NCBI GenBank assembly: GCA_028279685.1
Contig: JANQNG010000002.1
Span: 76,144-140,143, forward strand
From: Candidatus Nanoarchaeia archaeon
Lineage (GTDB): Archaea > Nanobdellota > Nanobdellia > Woesearchaeales > SKIA01
Length of the DNA: 64,000 bases
Reading direction: 5' to 3'
Shown here: one piece after another, positions 1 to 9,043 of the stretch
Position numbering within the stretch: the stretch's first letter is position 1
Layout of the letters: the number at the start of each line of letters is the position of its first letter
Notes under the pieces: model-generated
What the model was told of the DNA's origin: nothing
Database searches by the model: none
The model's input: the letters and a program-made list of their open reading frames with translations, nothing else
Made by a program: the position numbers and the translations under genes

Positions 1-203
1 TCAATATAACCTTCACTCTTTTTTAGAAAATAAAAAACAATATTCGAAGCAATAAGTGCAATCACTGCAAGTATCATAAAAATACCAAATAAATCTTCAG
101 CTCCCTCAGTCGCTTTTTTTAACAAAGTCCAAATCAAAAAAATTAAATAAATATTAAAGATTGCCCAAAGTACAATATAAACTTTGAATTTCTTTAATTT
201 CAT
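1..203 (-). CDS. small 2-TM membrane protein, 5' part only (ATG = revcomp of 201-203; runs off window start); putative immunity protein for the orphan RHS toxin tip
   Basis: Own translation of minus strand: MKLKKFKVYIVLWAIFNIYLIFLIWTLLKKATEGAEDLFGIFMILAVIALIASNIVFYFLKK...; two hydrophobic helices; sits immediately downstream of toxin tip 244..1281; resembles the 68-aa 2-TM protein at 1432..1638 in size and architecture. Confidence 0.35.
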   Translation of the reverse strand, partial: MKLKKFKVYIVLWAIFNIYLIFLIWTLLKKATEGAEDLFGIFMILAVIALIASNIVFYFLKKSEGYI

Positions 204-243
204 ATTATTACATACTCTCCAGCATTTTTATATTTTATTATTA

Positions 244-1281
244 TCATGAACATACTGTTACTTGTAAATTCCCATATGTTTGTGTTACGCAATTTGTACC
301 TTCATCATCTCCTCCTCCAGAGCCTCCCCCTCCTCCTGTAGGACCATCAGTTGTACTTTGTGTAGACTCTTCTTCATTGTTTAAACCAGCATAGTTTATC
401 CAAAAATTCACATCCCCTCCACTACCTCCAGAACCTGCCGTATTACTTGGTTGAACTGAGGAAGTCATATCTGTTGATTGAGTCAATAAATCTTTATCTG
501 AATCTTTCTTTACACATTTAGGACAATCATCATTTTCTTCAGCATATTTTTCAGCTTTCTTCGTAGATTCTTTGATACTCTCCGAACCTATAAACACTGT
601 TGTCGCCATCCACAGTGCCCCTACAGCTACTGTTACTGTTCCAGCTACTGCACTCATTATTCCCAACATAGCACCTTTAGCTCCAGACAAGGCAACATCC
701 CTTTTTGAATAAATCATTCCAGTTTCTCTTCTTTGGATTATCACTTCTGATGTAACCCCAATTATCGCACCGATAGCAACTCCAACAAGTATTGCAGCAA
801 TTAATGGAACAATATGTCCTGAAGGATCTGTATGTTTGTAAGAATTTTGCATCTCGAATCCATATCTGTTCAACGATTGCGGATTGTATATCGAAGGAAT
901 AATATTATCAGGTCGATTGAACATTCCTATACTTGCATCGTATGTTCTGAATTCAAAGTCATAACCAGAGTAACTGTCTTGTTCTTTTCCTTCATAATCA
1001 TATCTTGAACTACCGCCAGAAAGTACTTCGCCATAAGGCGAATAGCTTGTGTTTTCTATAACATCTCCTGATGAATCAGTCACTACCGTCGAGCTACCTA
1101 AATGATCACTATGATGATATAATTTTACTTCTGATAATTCCTCAGCTACTAGACTTCCTTCATGATAAACATATGTAGTATCATAAGTCCCGCTATCGTT
1201 GATGACTCTAATGTTTGTTTTATCAAAATAGACAACAGTCTCAGTAAGAGTCTCGCTCTCATCATACGTTTTCTTGACCAA
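244..1281 (-). CDS. orphan RHS/YD-repeat C-terminal toxin cassette (core-end region plus divergent toxin tip; 5'-truncated, no signal peptide)
   Basis: Translation carries the RHS core end (YDYEGKE..RTYDASIGMFNRPDNI..YNPQSLNRYGFE..DPSGH), then a glycine-zipper/TM-rich segment and a Gly/Ser linker ending NCVTQTYGNLQVTVCS. Nucleotides ~1040-1424 are near-identical to ~3290-3673 inside the full RHS gene. The frame stays open upstream to a stop at ~1433 without an ATG; the listed start is TTG, in frame with the homologous Leu of the full gene. Confidence 0.7.
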   Translation of the reverse strand: MVKKTYDESETLTETVVYFDKTNIRVINDSGTYDTTYVYHEGSLVAEELSEVKLYHHSDHLGSSTVVTDSSGDVIENTSYSPYGEVLSGGSSRYDYEGKEQDSYSGYDFEFRTYDASIGMFNRPDNIIPSIYNPQSLNRYGFEMQNSYKHTDPSGHIVPLIAAILVGVAIGAIIGVTSEVIIQRRETGMIYSKRDVALSGAKGAMLGIMSAVAGTVTVAVGALWMATTVFIGSESIKESTKKAEKYAEENDDCPKCVKKDSDKDLLTQSTDMTSSVQPSNTAGSGGSGGDVNFWINYAGLNNEEESTQSTTDGPTGGGGGSGGGDDEGTNCVTQTYGNLQVTVCS

Positions 1282-1431
1282 AACTCGTTCTTCTGTTGGA
1301 TGGTAGATGTATTCTTGGATTATGTTATCATTGGTTGCATTTCTAATAGTGCTTAATTGGTTTAGTGAATTATATTCGCGATAAAAGTCTTCATCAGAGT
1401 TACGAAGTAGGTTTCCGTTTGCAACAAGAAA

Positions 1432-1638
1432 TCAATAAAATTTGTCACCCAATTTTGTAGAAGCACCCAATACTCTCCAAACACCAATTATAATCATAAC
1501 AACAAACAAAAAATAATAATTCTTCAAATACAATGCAATAATTACTAAACATGCGGAAATTAGCACTGAAATAACAGTAAATATTAATTTTTTTTCATCA
1601 AGCTTTATTTTCTTTTCATCCATTAAACTATAACACAA
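1432..1638 (-). CDS. small 2-TM membrane protein (putative immunity protein)
   Basis: 68 aa with two hydrophobic helices; position directly downstream of the 93-aa toxin-tip-like ORF. Confidence 0.35.
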   Translation of the reverse strand: MCYSLMDEKKIKLDEKKLIFTVISVLISACLVIIALYLKNYYFLFVVMIIIGVWRVLGASTKLGDKFY

Positions 1639-1692
1639 TTCAAATATAAATAGTTATTGTTTTTATACACTGTTTATTAATAAATAAAAACA

Positions 1693-1974
1693 TTATGAGC
1701 ATACTGTTACATATCCAAAACCAAGGTAATAGGTGGTTGTGCATGTTTGACCTTCTGAATCTCCACTTCCACCGCCGGAGCCCCCGCCACCTCCCCCGCC
1801 AGAAGAACCCCCTCCAGTATTTGTATAATTATGGGTAAGATTCCAGTTGAGATCGCTTAATGCGTCGAGATCTCCTTTTTTACCTTCGAAACGTTCAGAG
1901 CAGAGGTATTTCATATTCTCTACGGTATCATTGATATCATTAGAAACAATCACTTCATACGTTGTATTAGACAC
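1693..1974 (-). CDS. small protein carrying the same C-terminal Gly/Ser-linker + Cys module as the orphan RHS tip (possible relic toxin tip)
   Basis: C-terminus GGGSSGGGGGGGSGGGSGDSEGQTCTTTYYLGFGYVTVCS parallels the orphan tip's GGGGGSGGGDDEGTNCVTQTYGNLQVTVCS; both genes share an 11-nt identity (catactgttac) within otherwise divergent 3' ends (244-330 vs 1693-1780). Confidence 0.4.
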   Translation of the reverse strand: MSNTTYEVIVSNDINDTVENMKYLCSERFEGKKGDLDALSDLNWNLTHNYTNTGGGSSGGGGGGGSGGGSGDSEGQTCTTTYYLGFGYVTVCS

Positions 1975-2012
1975 ATTCCTTGAATATCTTTAAAGAAAAA
2001 GTTAATAGAGAA

Positions 2013-2387
2013 CTATTTGTTAATCATATCTTTAAAATGTTTATAGCTATCCTCTCTTTCAAAAATATATGAATCAAATGTAAAAGAAAAAGTTTTCATT
2101 TTCTCTATTAGTGTTATAGTGATGCTATTGTTTAAAATCTCAACAGAATATATTATTCCAGAATATGCATTTTTATCTTTTGGGAAAACATAATTTCCAT
2201 TGTCGTCAATAAAGACACATTCTTTCCAAAATTCAAGAAAATCTTCATAATTCTTCGGATTGGAAAACTTAAAAACTCCAAAAGGTTTTCCAGGATTCCA
2301 GTGTGTGTCTATATTTAACATAATCGATAACTCAGAATCTTTAAGATTGACTTCTTTGATTTCTGAATCGTGAAAATTTTCTTTCAT
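2013..2387 (-). CDS. putative cytoplasmic immunity protein of the RHS toxin
   Basis: 124-aa ORF immediately downstream of the RHS toxin gene on the same strand; no recognisable family; assigned by position only. Confidence 0.35.
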   Translation of the reverse strand: MKENFHDSEIKEVNLKDSELSIMLNIDTHWNPGKPFGVFKFSNPKNYEDFLEFWKECVFIDDNGNYVFPKDKNAYSGIIYSVEILNNSITITLIEKMKTFSFTFDSYIFEREDSYKHFKDMINK

Positions 2388-2427
2388 TGTAAACGTATGT
2401 GCACTGATATTTAAATAATTTCTCTAT

Positions 2428-3765
2428 TTATGTCTGATAACCGTCATCATCACAAGTGTCACACACCCAGTCTCCATCATCTGTCTGACGAACATTTGGA
2501 TGATTTGGATTTCCTCCAGACCAACCACCACCAATAAGTTGTTGAATTTGTGGACTTTCTGAATTAGGAGTTCCGCTTCCACCAAACCAATAATCCATTA
2601 ATATAGGTAAATTAATTGTTGGCATAACATTAAAATATGAAAAATAAGAAATATGGTCTAATATACCTCTATTTGCAAATTCAATCAATTTCCCATTTTT
2701 TATAGTATATCTGTGGTGATTTATATGTGGAAACTCCATTCCTGAATGCCCAAAATCATCTCTGATAATATCAACAGTTTTCCCCGAACGTTTTGCTAGC
2801 CCAGAACCAAATTGCTCAAGTCTTTGACGAATTGTACTTCGTGGATGAAATTCTTCAGCATGTTTATATCCTTGTTCTCTTAAAACTCGATATGATTCTC
2901 CTTTTCTAAATACACTGTCTCCTACTCTTGGCTTTACTTCATTTCTTGACATTACATAGTCTACAGGTATATTTACTCTTCCTTGACTTTGTCCTAATAA
3001 TGGTGTTGGCATAATTTGATTTTGACCTAATACAAGAGCAGTTGGATTAACCATTAATGCCATCCTACCATCAGGATCTATTTTGCTCATAGGATTACCA
3101 TCTTCAAACATATAGGGATTTAATCCCTGGGGATTATACGTATTCATTATATTATCTGGCTGGTTAAATATGCCATACTCCGAATTACTCATTCTCGCTT
3201 CAAAATCAATCTCCCTAGTAACTTCATCTGTTTCTTTTCCTTCATAATCATATCTGCTGGAGCCACCTGTTAATACCTCACCATACGGAGAGTAAGAAGT
3301 ATTTTCAATTACATCTCCTGATGAATCAGTCACTACCGTCGAGCTACCTAAATGATCACTATGATGATAAGTCTTAACCCCAGATAACTCCTCCGCTACT
3401 AGGCTACCTTCATGATATACATAAGTTGTATCATAAGTGCCACTATCGTTGATGACTCTAACGTTTGTCTTGTCAAAGTAAACCACAGTTTCTACTAAAG
3501 TCTCGCTCTCATCATACGTTTTCTTGACCAAAACTCTCTCTTCTGTTGGATGGTAGATATATTCTTGGATTATGTTATCATTGGTTGCATTACGTATAAT
3601 ACTCAATTGATTAAGCGAATTATATTCTCGGTAAAAATCTTCATCAGAGTTACGAAGTAGGTTTCCGTTTGCGTCATAGGTTCGAGATATTTCTGCAGCG
3701 AAAACCAAAGGAAAAGTTGTGACGAGCAATATAAGTAGTCCGGAGATAAATAGCTTAGATTTCAC
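2428..3765 (-). CDS. secreted mini-RHS/YD-repeat polymorphic toxin (signal peptide, few YD repeats, RHS core end, C-terminal toxin domain with FPHINHH motif)
   Basis: N-terminal signal peptide MKSKLFISGLLILLVTTFPLVFAAE; YD repeats (YDANGNLL, YDTTYVY, YDYEGKE); core end YNPQGLNPYMFEDGNPMSKIDPDGRM followed by a ~210-aa variable C-terminal domain. Confidence 0.8.
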   Translation of the reverse strand: MKSKLFISGLLILLVTTFPLVFAAEISRTYDANGNLLRNSDEDFYREYNSLNQLSIIRNATNDNIIQEYIYHPTEERVLVKKTYDESETLVETVVYFDKTNVRVINDSGTYDTTYVYHEGSLVAEELSGVKTYHHSDHLGSSTVVTDSSGDVIENTSYSPYGEVLTGGSSRYDYEGKETDEVTREIDFEARMSNSEYGIFNQPDNIMNTYNPQGLNPYMFEDGNPMSKIDPDGRMALMVNPTALVLGQNQIMPTPLLGQSQGRVNIPVDYVMSRNEVKPRVGDSVFRKGESYRVLREQGYKHAEEFHPRSTIRQRLEQFGSGLAKRSGKTVDIIRDDFGHSGMEFPHINHHRYTIKNGKLIEFANRGILDHISYFSYFNVMPTINLPILMDYWFGGSGTPNSESPQIQQLIGGGWSGGNPNHPNVRQTDDGDWVCDTCDDDGYQT

Positions 3766-4016
3766 GCAATCACCCCCCTTACACTAACAGCGTTAACAAA
3801 TACTATTTAATATTTTGTTGTCATAATAGGATAACACCTAAAAATTTATCCCGAAAACCTAAAAATTTATCTCGTTTTCTGTGAAGGATTTCACAACAGC
3901 GATACCGCATTACGTCTCAATAAGCAAATCTAATCAGCATGAGATTATATGTATTAGAAATACAAAAAGATGACTTCACTGACTGGTATCGCTATTACAA
4001 CAAGAAAAGATATCGC

Positions 4017-5681
4017 TTACACATTAAAAGGCAATGCTGTCAATCCATCTTCGTGGTATTTTTTCATTACATCCCAAACATCAAAATAATCAAAAATCTT
4101 ATGTTCGACCATCCTCTGCAGGATCTTTGTCCTGAGATCAAGCTCCTTATATATATCACGAGTGTCTTCAAATCCAAGAATAGTAGCTATTTTCTTCTCG
4201 AGAATATAACTATTGAATAATCCTCTGAAAATATGTTTATCAGAAACAGGATCCCAATTAAATACTTCTCTCGTAATCACTTTATTGGCAACATCATAAT
4301 AACGCTCAATTTCAGTGATTGATAACACTCTTCTTACCATATGTCCTCCTCGAGAAACAGCTTGCTGAATCAACACAATATTGAGATTATCTATTGATGC
4401 AATAGGCACATCAATAGGATGCGACGTAATACGTTGTATCATACTATGAGGACTACCTGCGTGAAACGTACTCATCACAGGGTGACCTGTCTGCATAGCT
4501 TGGAATGCAACATTACCTTCTTCACCTCGTATCTCTCCTACAATAATATAATTTGGACGACTACGCAAAGCAGCAATCAACAGATCAAAAATTGTGACAT
4601 CAGAATCTTTCCCTGATTCTCTTGTGACAAGATGCTGCCACGTTGCATGAGGAATTGTAACCTCAGGAACATTCTCTACCGTGTATACTTTATCATCAGG
4701 TTTTATAAAACAGCACATCGCATTCAATGATGTTGTCTTTCCTGAAGCTGTTTCTCCACAAACAAACGTATTCATACCATTTTCTAAAGCCAACCACATA
4801 TATGCAGCAACGCGTGCACTCATCGTTCCCCAATTGATAATTTGTGTTATACTCACTGGCACTTCTGAGAATTTACGAATGGTGAAGCTGGAACCTTCGA
4901 GCGATAGCTCTCGCGAATAAATATAGTTTACACGAGAACCGTCAGGCATAATTGCGTCTACAACAGAATGTGCATCACTTACTGGACGCTCCACGCGCTC
5001 AGAGCTTTCAATAACATATTTGTCTAATTCAAAATCATCTTTGAAGTCGATATTGGTGTAAACCATATCGAAAATCTTATGGATCACTTTCATAGCACCA
5101 ACACCAGTACAATGCAGATCTTCAAGATAAGGATCATAGAAAAGCGGTTCAAGTTTTGCATAACCTACTCTATTCCTGATAATGAAGTACTTCAATGAAT
5201 CATACGTGTAAGGATCTAAAACAAGTTTTTTTGATCCTAATGCCTTGCTCTTCGGAATAACAACTTTTGCCCCCTCCTTTATCTCAACGACATCATTCAT
5301 GATTTTCAGAATAACAGGTTCAGCATCCTCAACTTTGTCAGGCACAGGATACCTATGTGCATATTCAACCATTTTGTTTGTTACGAGTTCGTAAAGCGTT
5401 CTCATCCGATCATCTAAGGCAGGCTCTACAACAGTATAAGTAATATGCATCCCTGGCTGCCTGAGAATATGCACAAACAATGGATCCCCTATAGGATAAA
5501 TAAGATTTACTTTTTTCTTTCTCATACCTTTATCGAGTTTAAGATGCCATTCTGGATCACCATATTTCTCAACAATCTTCTCAACATACTTAGAAAGATG
5601 CGGATAGTTATCCTGCGCATCGAGGAAATTCTCTGTTTTTGGTGCATGTCTTCTTTTTGCCATCTTAGCTGAAACTTGCAA
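4017..5681 (-). CDS. flaI: archaellum ATPase FlaI/ArlI (type II/IV secretion ATPase family)
   Basis: 554 aa; Walker A GETASGKTT; conserved FlaI-like regions; located after flaH. Confidence 0.9.
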   Translation of the reverse strand: MQVSAKMAKRRHAPKTENFLDAQDNYPHLSKYVEKIVEKYGDPEWHLKLDKGMRKKKVNLIYPIGDPLFVHILRQPGMHITYTVVEPALDDRMRTLYELVTNKMVEYAHRYPVPDKVEDAEPVILKIMNDVVEIKEGAKVVIPKSKALGSKKLVLDPYTYDSLKYFIIRNRVGYAKLEPLFYDPYLEDLHCTGVGAMKVIHKIFDMVYTNIDFKDDFELDKYVIESSERVERPVSDAHSVVDAIMPDGSRVNYIYSRELSLEGSSFTIRKFSEVPVSITQIINWGTMSARVAAYMWLALENGMNTFVCGETASGKTTSLNAMCCFIKPDDKVYTVENVPEVTIPHATWQHLVTRESGKDSDVTIFDLLIAALRSRPNYIIVGEIRGEEGNVAFQAMQTGHPVMSTFHAGSPHSMIQRITSHPIDVPIASIDNLNIVLIQQAVSRGGHMVRRVLSITEIERYYDVANKVITREVFNWDPVSDKHIFRGLFNSYILEKKIATILGFEDTRDIYKELDLRTKILQRMVEHKIFDYFDVWDVMKKYHEDGLTALPFNV

Positions 5682-6366
5682 TCTCTATAGCAAGTCCTTT
5701 ACCTGCCTCTACCTTATAAGGTATAGCGCTCAATACATTTGATCCACTTCTCTTAAATCGTTTAACCTTCATTACTCTGACAATCTCTCCTGCAAAACTA
5801 CTGATCTCCAATTCAAGAATCACATCACTAACATTCTTCACCAATGTCAATAATTTTGGATGAATGTGATCTTGATCAATATCAATAATCACCGTTTTTC
5901 CGAGTGAAGTAAGTCTTTTTAGGAAATAGATGAATTGAAATAATTCACGTTCCGTGGTATCATCTTGAACAATCAAGAAGCTTATTGTATCGAGAATTAT
6001 CACATCTTTGCTGTAGAGCCTAGAAGAATTCATCAATCTTTGGAGCATACCTCTTTGCAGCCTTGACTTTCCATAAAAAGGAAACATGGGAACAAACATC
6101 AAATCATCATCAAGCAAATAATACTTACAATCATAATCAAGGCTTGCCATCTGTTCAATAAATCCGACAGTATCAAGTTCAGAGCTAATATATGATGCAG
6201 TGTATCCTGCCTGCAATAATCCATAGCACATTCTTTGAGAGATAATGCTTTTTCCTGAGCCATCTTGTCCTGTAATAAGAATCAACGCATCTTTAGGTAT
6301 ACCTCCTCCTATGTTTCTGTTCAGTTCATCCCTTTCAAGGTCTATGGAAAGTACTTCTGATTTCAT
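5665..6366 (-). CDS. flaH: archaellum protein FlaH/ArlH (RecA/KaiC-like ATPase)
   Basis: 233 aa; Walker A GQDGSGKS; overlaps flaI start as is typical of archaellum operons. Confidence 0.85.
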   Translation of the reverse strand: MKSEVLSIDLERDELNRNIGGGIPKDALILITGQDGSGKSIISQRMCYGLLQAGYTASYISSELDTVGFIEQMASLDYDCKYYLLDDDLMFVPMFPFYGKSRLQRGMLQRLMNSSRLYSKDVIILDTISFLIVQDDTTERELFQFIYFLKRLTSLGKTVIIDIDQDHIHPKLLTLVKNVSDVILELEISSFAGEIVRVMKVKRFKRSGSNVLSAIPYKVEAGKGLAIEIASFS

Positions 6367-7250
6367 GGTGTCACCGTGATCGTCGCTGAGTTTTCAAATT
6401 CAGTAACGGCTTTCACAATCGTATTACCTCCTAATGTTTCAAAGATGTAAAGATCTATGATCTCTCCCGGAGACCAGAGCGTAGGCTGCAGATCATCATT
6501 CGTAATAAACTCTACTCGATCTGAATCATTACGTTTGATACGTTCCGACCCGACATAAACATCAACTTTTTCAAAATCATATGTTGTTGTTCCATCATTA
6601 GAAAGTGTTAAATAGATATGAGGACTTTGTCTCATAATAGTGATATTAACTTGATCAACTTTCGCTGTTTCTTGTGTATCCACCGTCTCAAGATCAATCT
6701 TAAGTTGTATCATCGAACTTTCATTATGAGTGATATTTATTTCTTCTCCTGAAGAAGTATAATAATCAAGAGGCCCATCAGGTCCAATGAAATCAGCATT
6801 TTCTATCTGTGTCGAAGTATTTCCTGAACGTAATTGAAAACGAACTGATGTTCCCACAGGAAGTGTAGCATTCCAGTAGATCTTTGAGAAATTGCTCGAG
6901 ATATTTATGTCATAGACTTCTGAATAGTATGTTGCTGAATTGTTGTAATCAGTGCCATTCCATACTGTCTGGATTGATCCGGGTGTGGTGTTTGTGTCAA
7001 TATTCGTAAAATTTGTTCCTCTATCAAAATCAGTTTTGAGTGTTAATACCCAAGGGATGTACATTGGATTATTGTATTGCTCTCCTGTGATTGATATTTC
7101 GCTTTCAAGCATTTTCAAGAGACGATCCTGCTTTTCCGTTATTGCTTCTTCCTTCTCGAGGAGCTTTGCCTGCACTACAAAGAATCCCCCTACAAGCATA
7201 GAGACTACTAAAAACAAAATCACCATTCCTGCAATCGAAGCAAATCCCAT
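6363..7250 (-). CDS. archaellum FlaF-like membrane-anchored protein, rich in N-glycosylation sequons
   Basis: N-terminal TM helix MGFASIAGMVILFLVVSMLVGGFFVV; more than 10 N-x-S/T sequons; position between a FlaG-like gene and flaH. Confidence 0.45.
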   Translation of the reverse strand: MGFASIAGMVILFLVVSMLVGGFFVVQAKLLEKEEAITEKQDRLLKMLESEISITGEQYNNPMYIPWVLTLKTDFDRGTNFTNIDTNTTPGSIQTVWNGTDYNNSATYYSEVYDINISSNFSKIYWNATLPVGTSVRFQLRSGNTSTQIENADFIGPDGPLDYYTSSGEEINITHNESSMIQLKIDLETVDTQETAKVDQVNITIMRQSPHIYLTLSNDGTTTYDFEKVDVYVGSERIKRNDSDRVEFITNDDLQPTLWSPGEIIDLYIFETLGGNTIVKAVTEFENSATITVTP

Positions 7251-7736
7251 TTAGTAATCCTCTGTTTTCTTCACTCCATTATCAGTAAGTAACGCAAACT
7301 CATGGCTAATCGATCCATCAATAGTCATGTTCACTGATACTTTGATAATCTCCTTTGTGTTCCAGATGCCAACATCAACAGTATCCGTATCTGATTCGAC
7401 AGCAATAGTTCTATTAGTCTCATTTCTAGGGATACGCAACCCGTCGATATAGATATCTATCTTTGAAACGTTATGTTTCTTCTTCCCAGTGTTTTTGATA
7501 TACGCAAAAGTATAATCAGGATCTCCCGAATCTTCATAGTAAACTGTTTCAATTTTGAAATCAGTATCAATAATATCAGTAAGACTTTCTTGTTTATCGT
7601 ACATTGCTGTTGTGGATTTGTCGGATGAACTTTTGAACACTAATGCTGCAGCAGTAGCTAATCCTAATACTGCTATGAAGATTATGAGGCTTGAAACGAC
7701 TTCTCCTGCCGCTTTTTTTGACTTAAACATTTTCAA
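7251..7736 (-). CDS. archaellum FlaG-like protein with class III (prepilin-like) signal peptide
   Basis: N-terminus MKMFKSKKAAGEVVSSLIIFIAVLGLATAAALVF; first gene of the co-oriented flaG-flaF-flaH-flaI block. Confidence 0.45.
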   Translation of the reverse strand: MKMFKSKKAAGEVVSSLIIFIAVLGLATAAALVFKSSSDKSTTAMYDKQESLTDIIDTDFKIETVYYEDSGDPDYTFAYIKNTGKKKHNVSKIDIYIDGLRIPRNETNRTIAVESDTDTVDVGIWNTKEIIKVSVNMTIDGSISHEFALLTDNGVKKTEDY

Positions 7737-7900
7737 CCTAGTTTATTTATAAATCAGTATGGGAATTTGTATACTGTTATATCATTATTAGACATTATTA
7801 TTTATAAATCTTTCTGTTTTTCGGCAAAGGCGAAAAATAAAATAATTCACTTCTTATAAGTTATAACAAAATTTATATACTGTATATTTTTCCCCACATT

Positions 7901-8440
7901 ATGTCAAGAACAATACTCCTCCCCAATAAACTTGCAGGAGTTCTTCATAATCTCACAAAATATAAGGAAGAACATAACGGAGTGCTTATCTATCGCCCAG
8001 ATAGCAAGTATCATCCAGATAGTTACTATTGTCCTGTGTCTTATGCAGGAATCACAGGAAAAGGCACCCCAGGGCATGTGCGAGCAGACCCTAGATCAAT
8101 TGAAATACTCAATGCTTTTCTCAAAGAAAATCCTGAACATCGCTATATCAAATGGCATACTCATTCTGTCGAAACTATAAGAACATTTGGAAATTACTAT
8201 GCAGAGAATTTCTCTTCAGGAGACATTAGTAGCTATGATGAACAAATTAATTACGATCCTGATTTTATAGGTATGGTTGTAACTCCAAAAAAAATACTCA
8301 TTTATGGCAGAGATAATCCAAAAATAAGAACAGTTTCTTCTTTTCCATCGACGGAAAATAAAAGAATTAAAAAAAGAATAGAAGAGCATATGCGACAGAA
8401 GAATTTTTCTATAAGAGATATTTTAGAAAAAAAATCTTAA
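7901..8440 (+). CDS. hypothetical protein, possibly a JAB/MPN-like metalloprotease fold
   Basis: Weak motif match: E..WHTHS...SSGD with non-canonical spacing; otherwise unrecognised. Confidence 0.3.
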   Translation: MSRTILLPNKLAGVLHNLTKYKEEHNGVLIYRPDSKYHPDSYYCPVSYAGITGKGTPGHVRADPRSIEILNAFLKENPEHRYIKWHTHSVETIRTFGNYYAENFSSGDISSYDEQINYDPDFIGMVVTPKKILIYGRDNPKIRTVSSFPSTENKRIKKRIEEHMRQKNFSIRDILEKKS

Positions 8441-8988
8441 TCTACAAACAGACTATGTTTCTCGTTGCCGTCGAGCTCTTTCATGATGCGCTTGAAAATT
8501 GCTTTCTCAGGATCGGGAAGCAATTTAACACGTTTTTTCAAATTATCAAAACTCAGGAAAGGATCTCCTCTTCTCTCTTCTATAATCTCCCACATATGCT
8601 TCTTTCCCAATCCAGGCAGAAGTTCTAATGAATGCATTCTTGTACTGAGAGGTTGTGCATTGTTGAAGAAGTCGATATAGATCTTCTCATTCTTTTTAAT
8701 AATATCCATGATCACATGCTTCAGTTCACTTTTTGCCGTTGCGGTAAGCTTATGCATCTCAAGTTTACCGTTGATATGATGAATCTCATCTCTCTTCCCT
8801 TCCCCAATATAGACGTTCTGGTTGAGGTTAAGATAGACATCTTTCTTTGGAACAAGTTCCAGTAAAGAGAATCGTAGTGTGCCGACCGCTTGCGCAAGAG
8901 GAGTTTTTTTATAGTCAGGCCTATTATCAGCAGAATAGCCGTTTGGCAAGAAATCTAAGATTATTGCATGCTCTTCCTTGGACTCCAT
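8437..8988 (-). CDS. DUF655/COG1491-type predicted nucleic-acid-binding protein of the L21e-RpoF cluster
   Basis: Sits in the conserved archaeal L21e-RpoF-DUF655 gene order; C-terminal helix-hairpin-helix-like region; ~180 aa. Confidence 0.55.
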   Translation of the reverse strand: MESKEEHAIILDFLPNGYSADNRPDYKKTPLAQAVGTLRFSLLELVPKKDVYLNLNQNVYIGEGKRDEIHHINGKLEMHKLTATAKSELKHVIMDIIKKNEKIYIDFFNNAQPLSTRMHSLELLPGLGKKHMWEIIEERRGDPFLSFDNLKKRVKLLPDPEKAIFKRIMKELDGNEKHSLFVD

Positions 8989-9043
8989 CGCGCGACCCCC
9001 TCATATCTCTCTTGAACCCTCGTGTTTATAAATTTTTCCAGAA

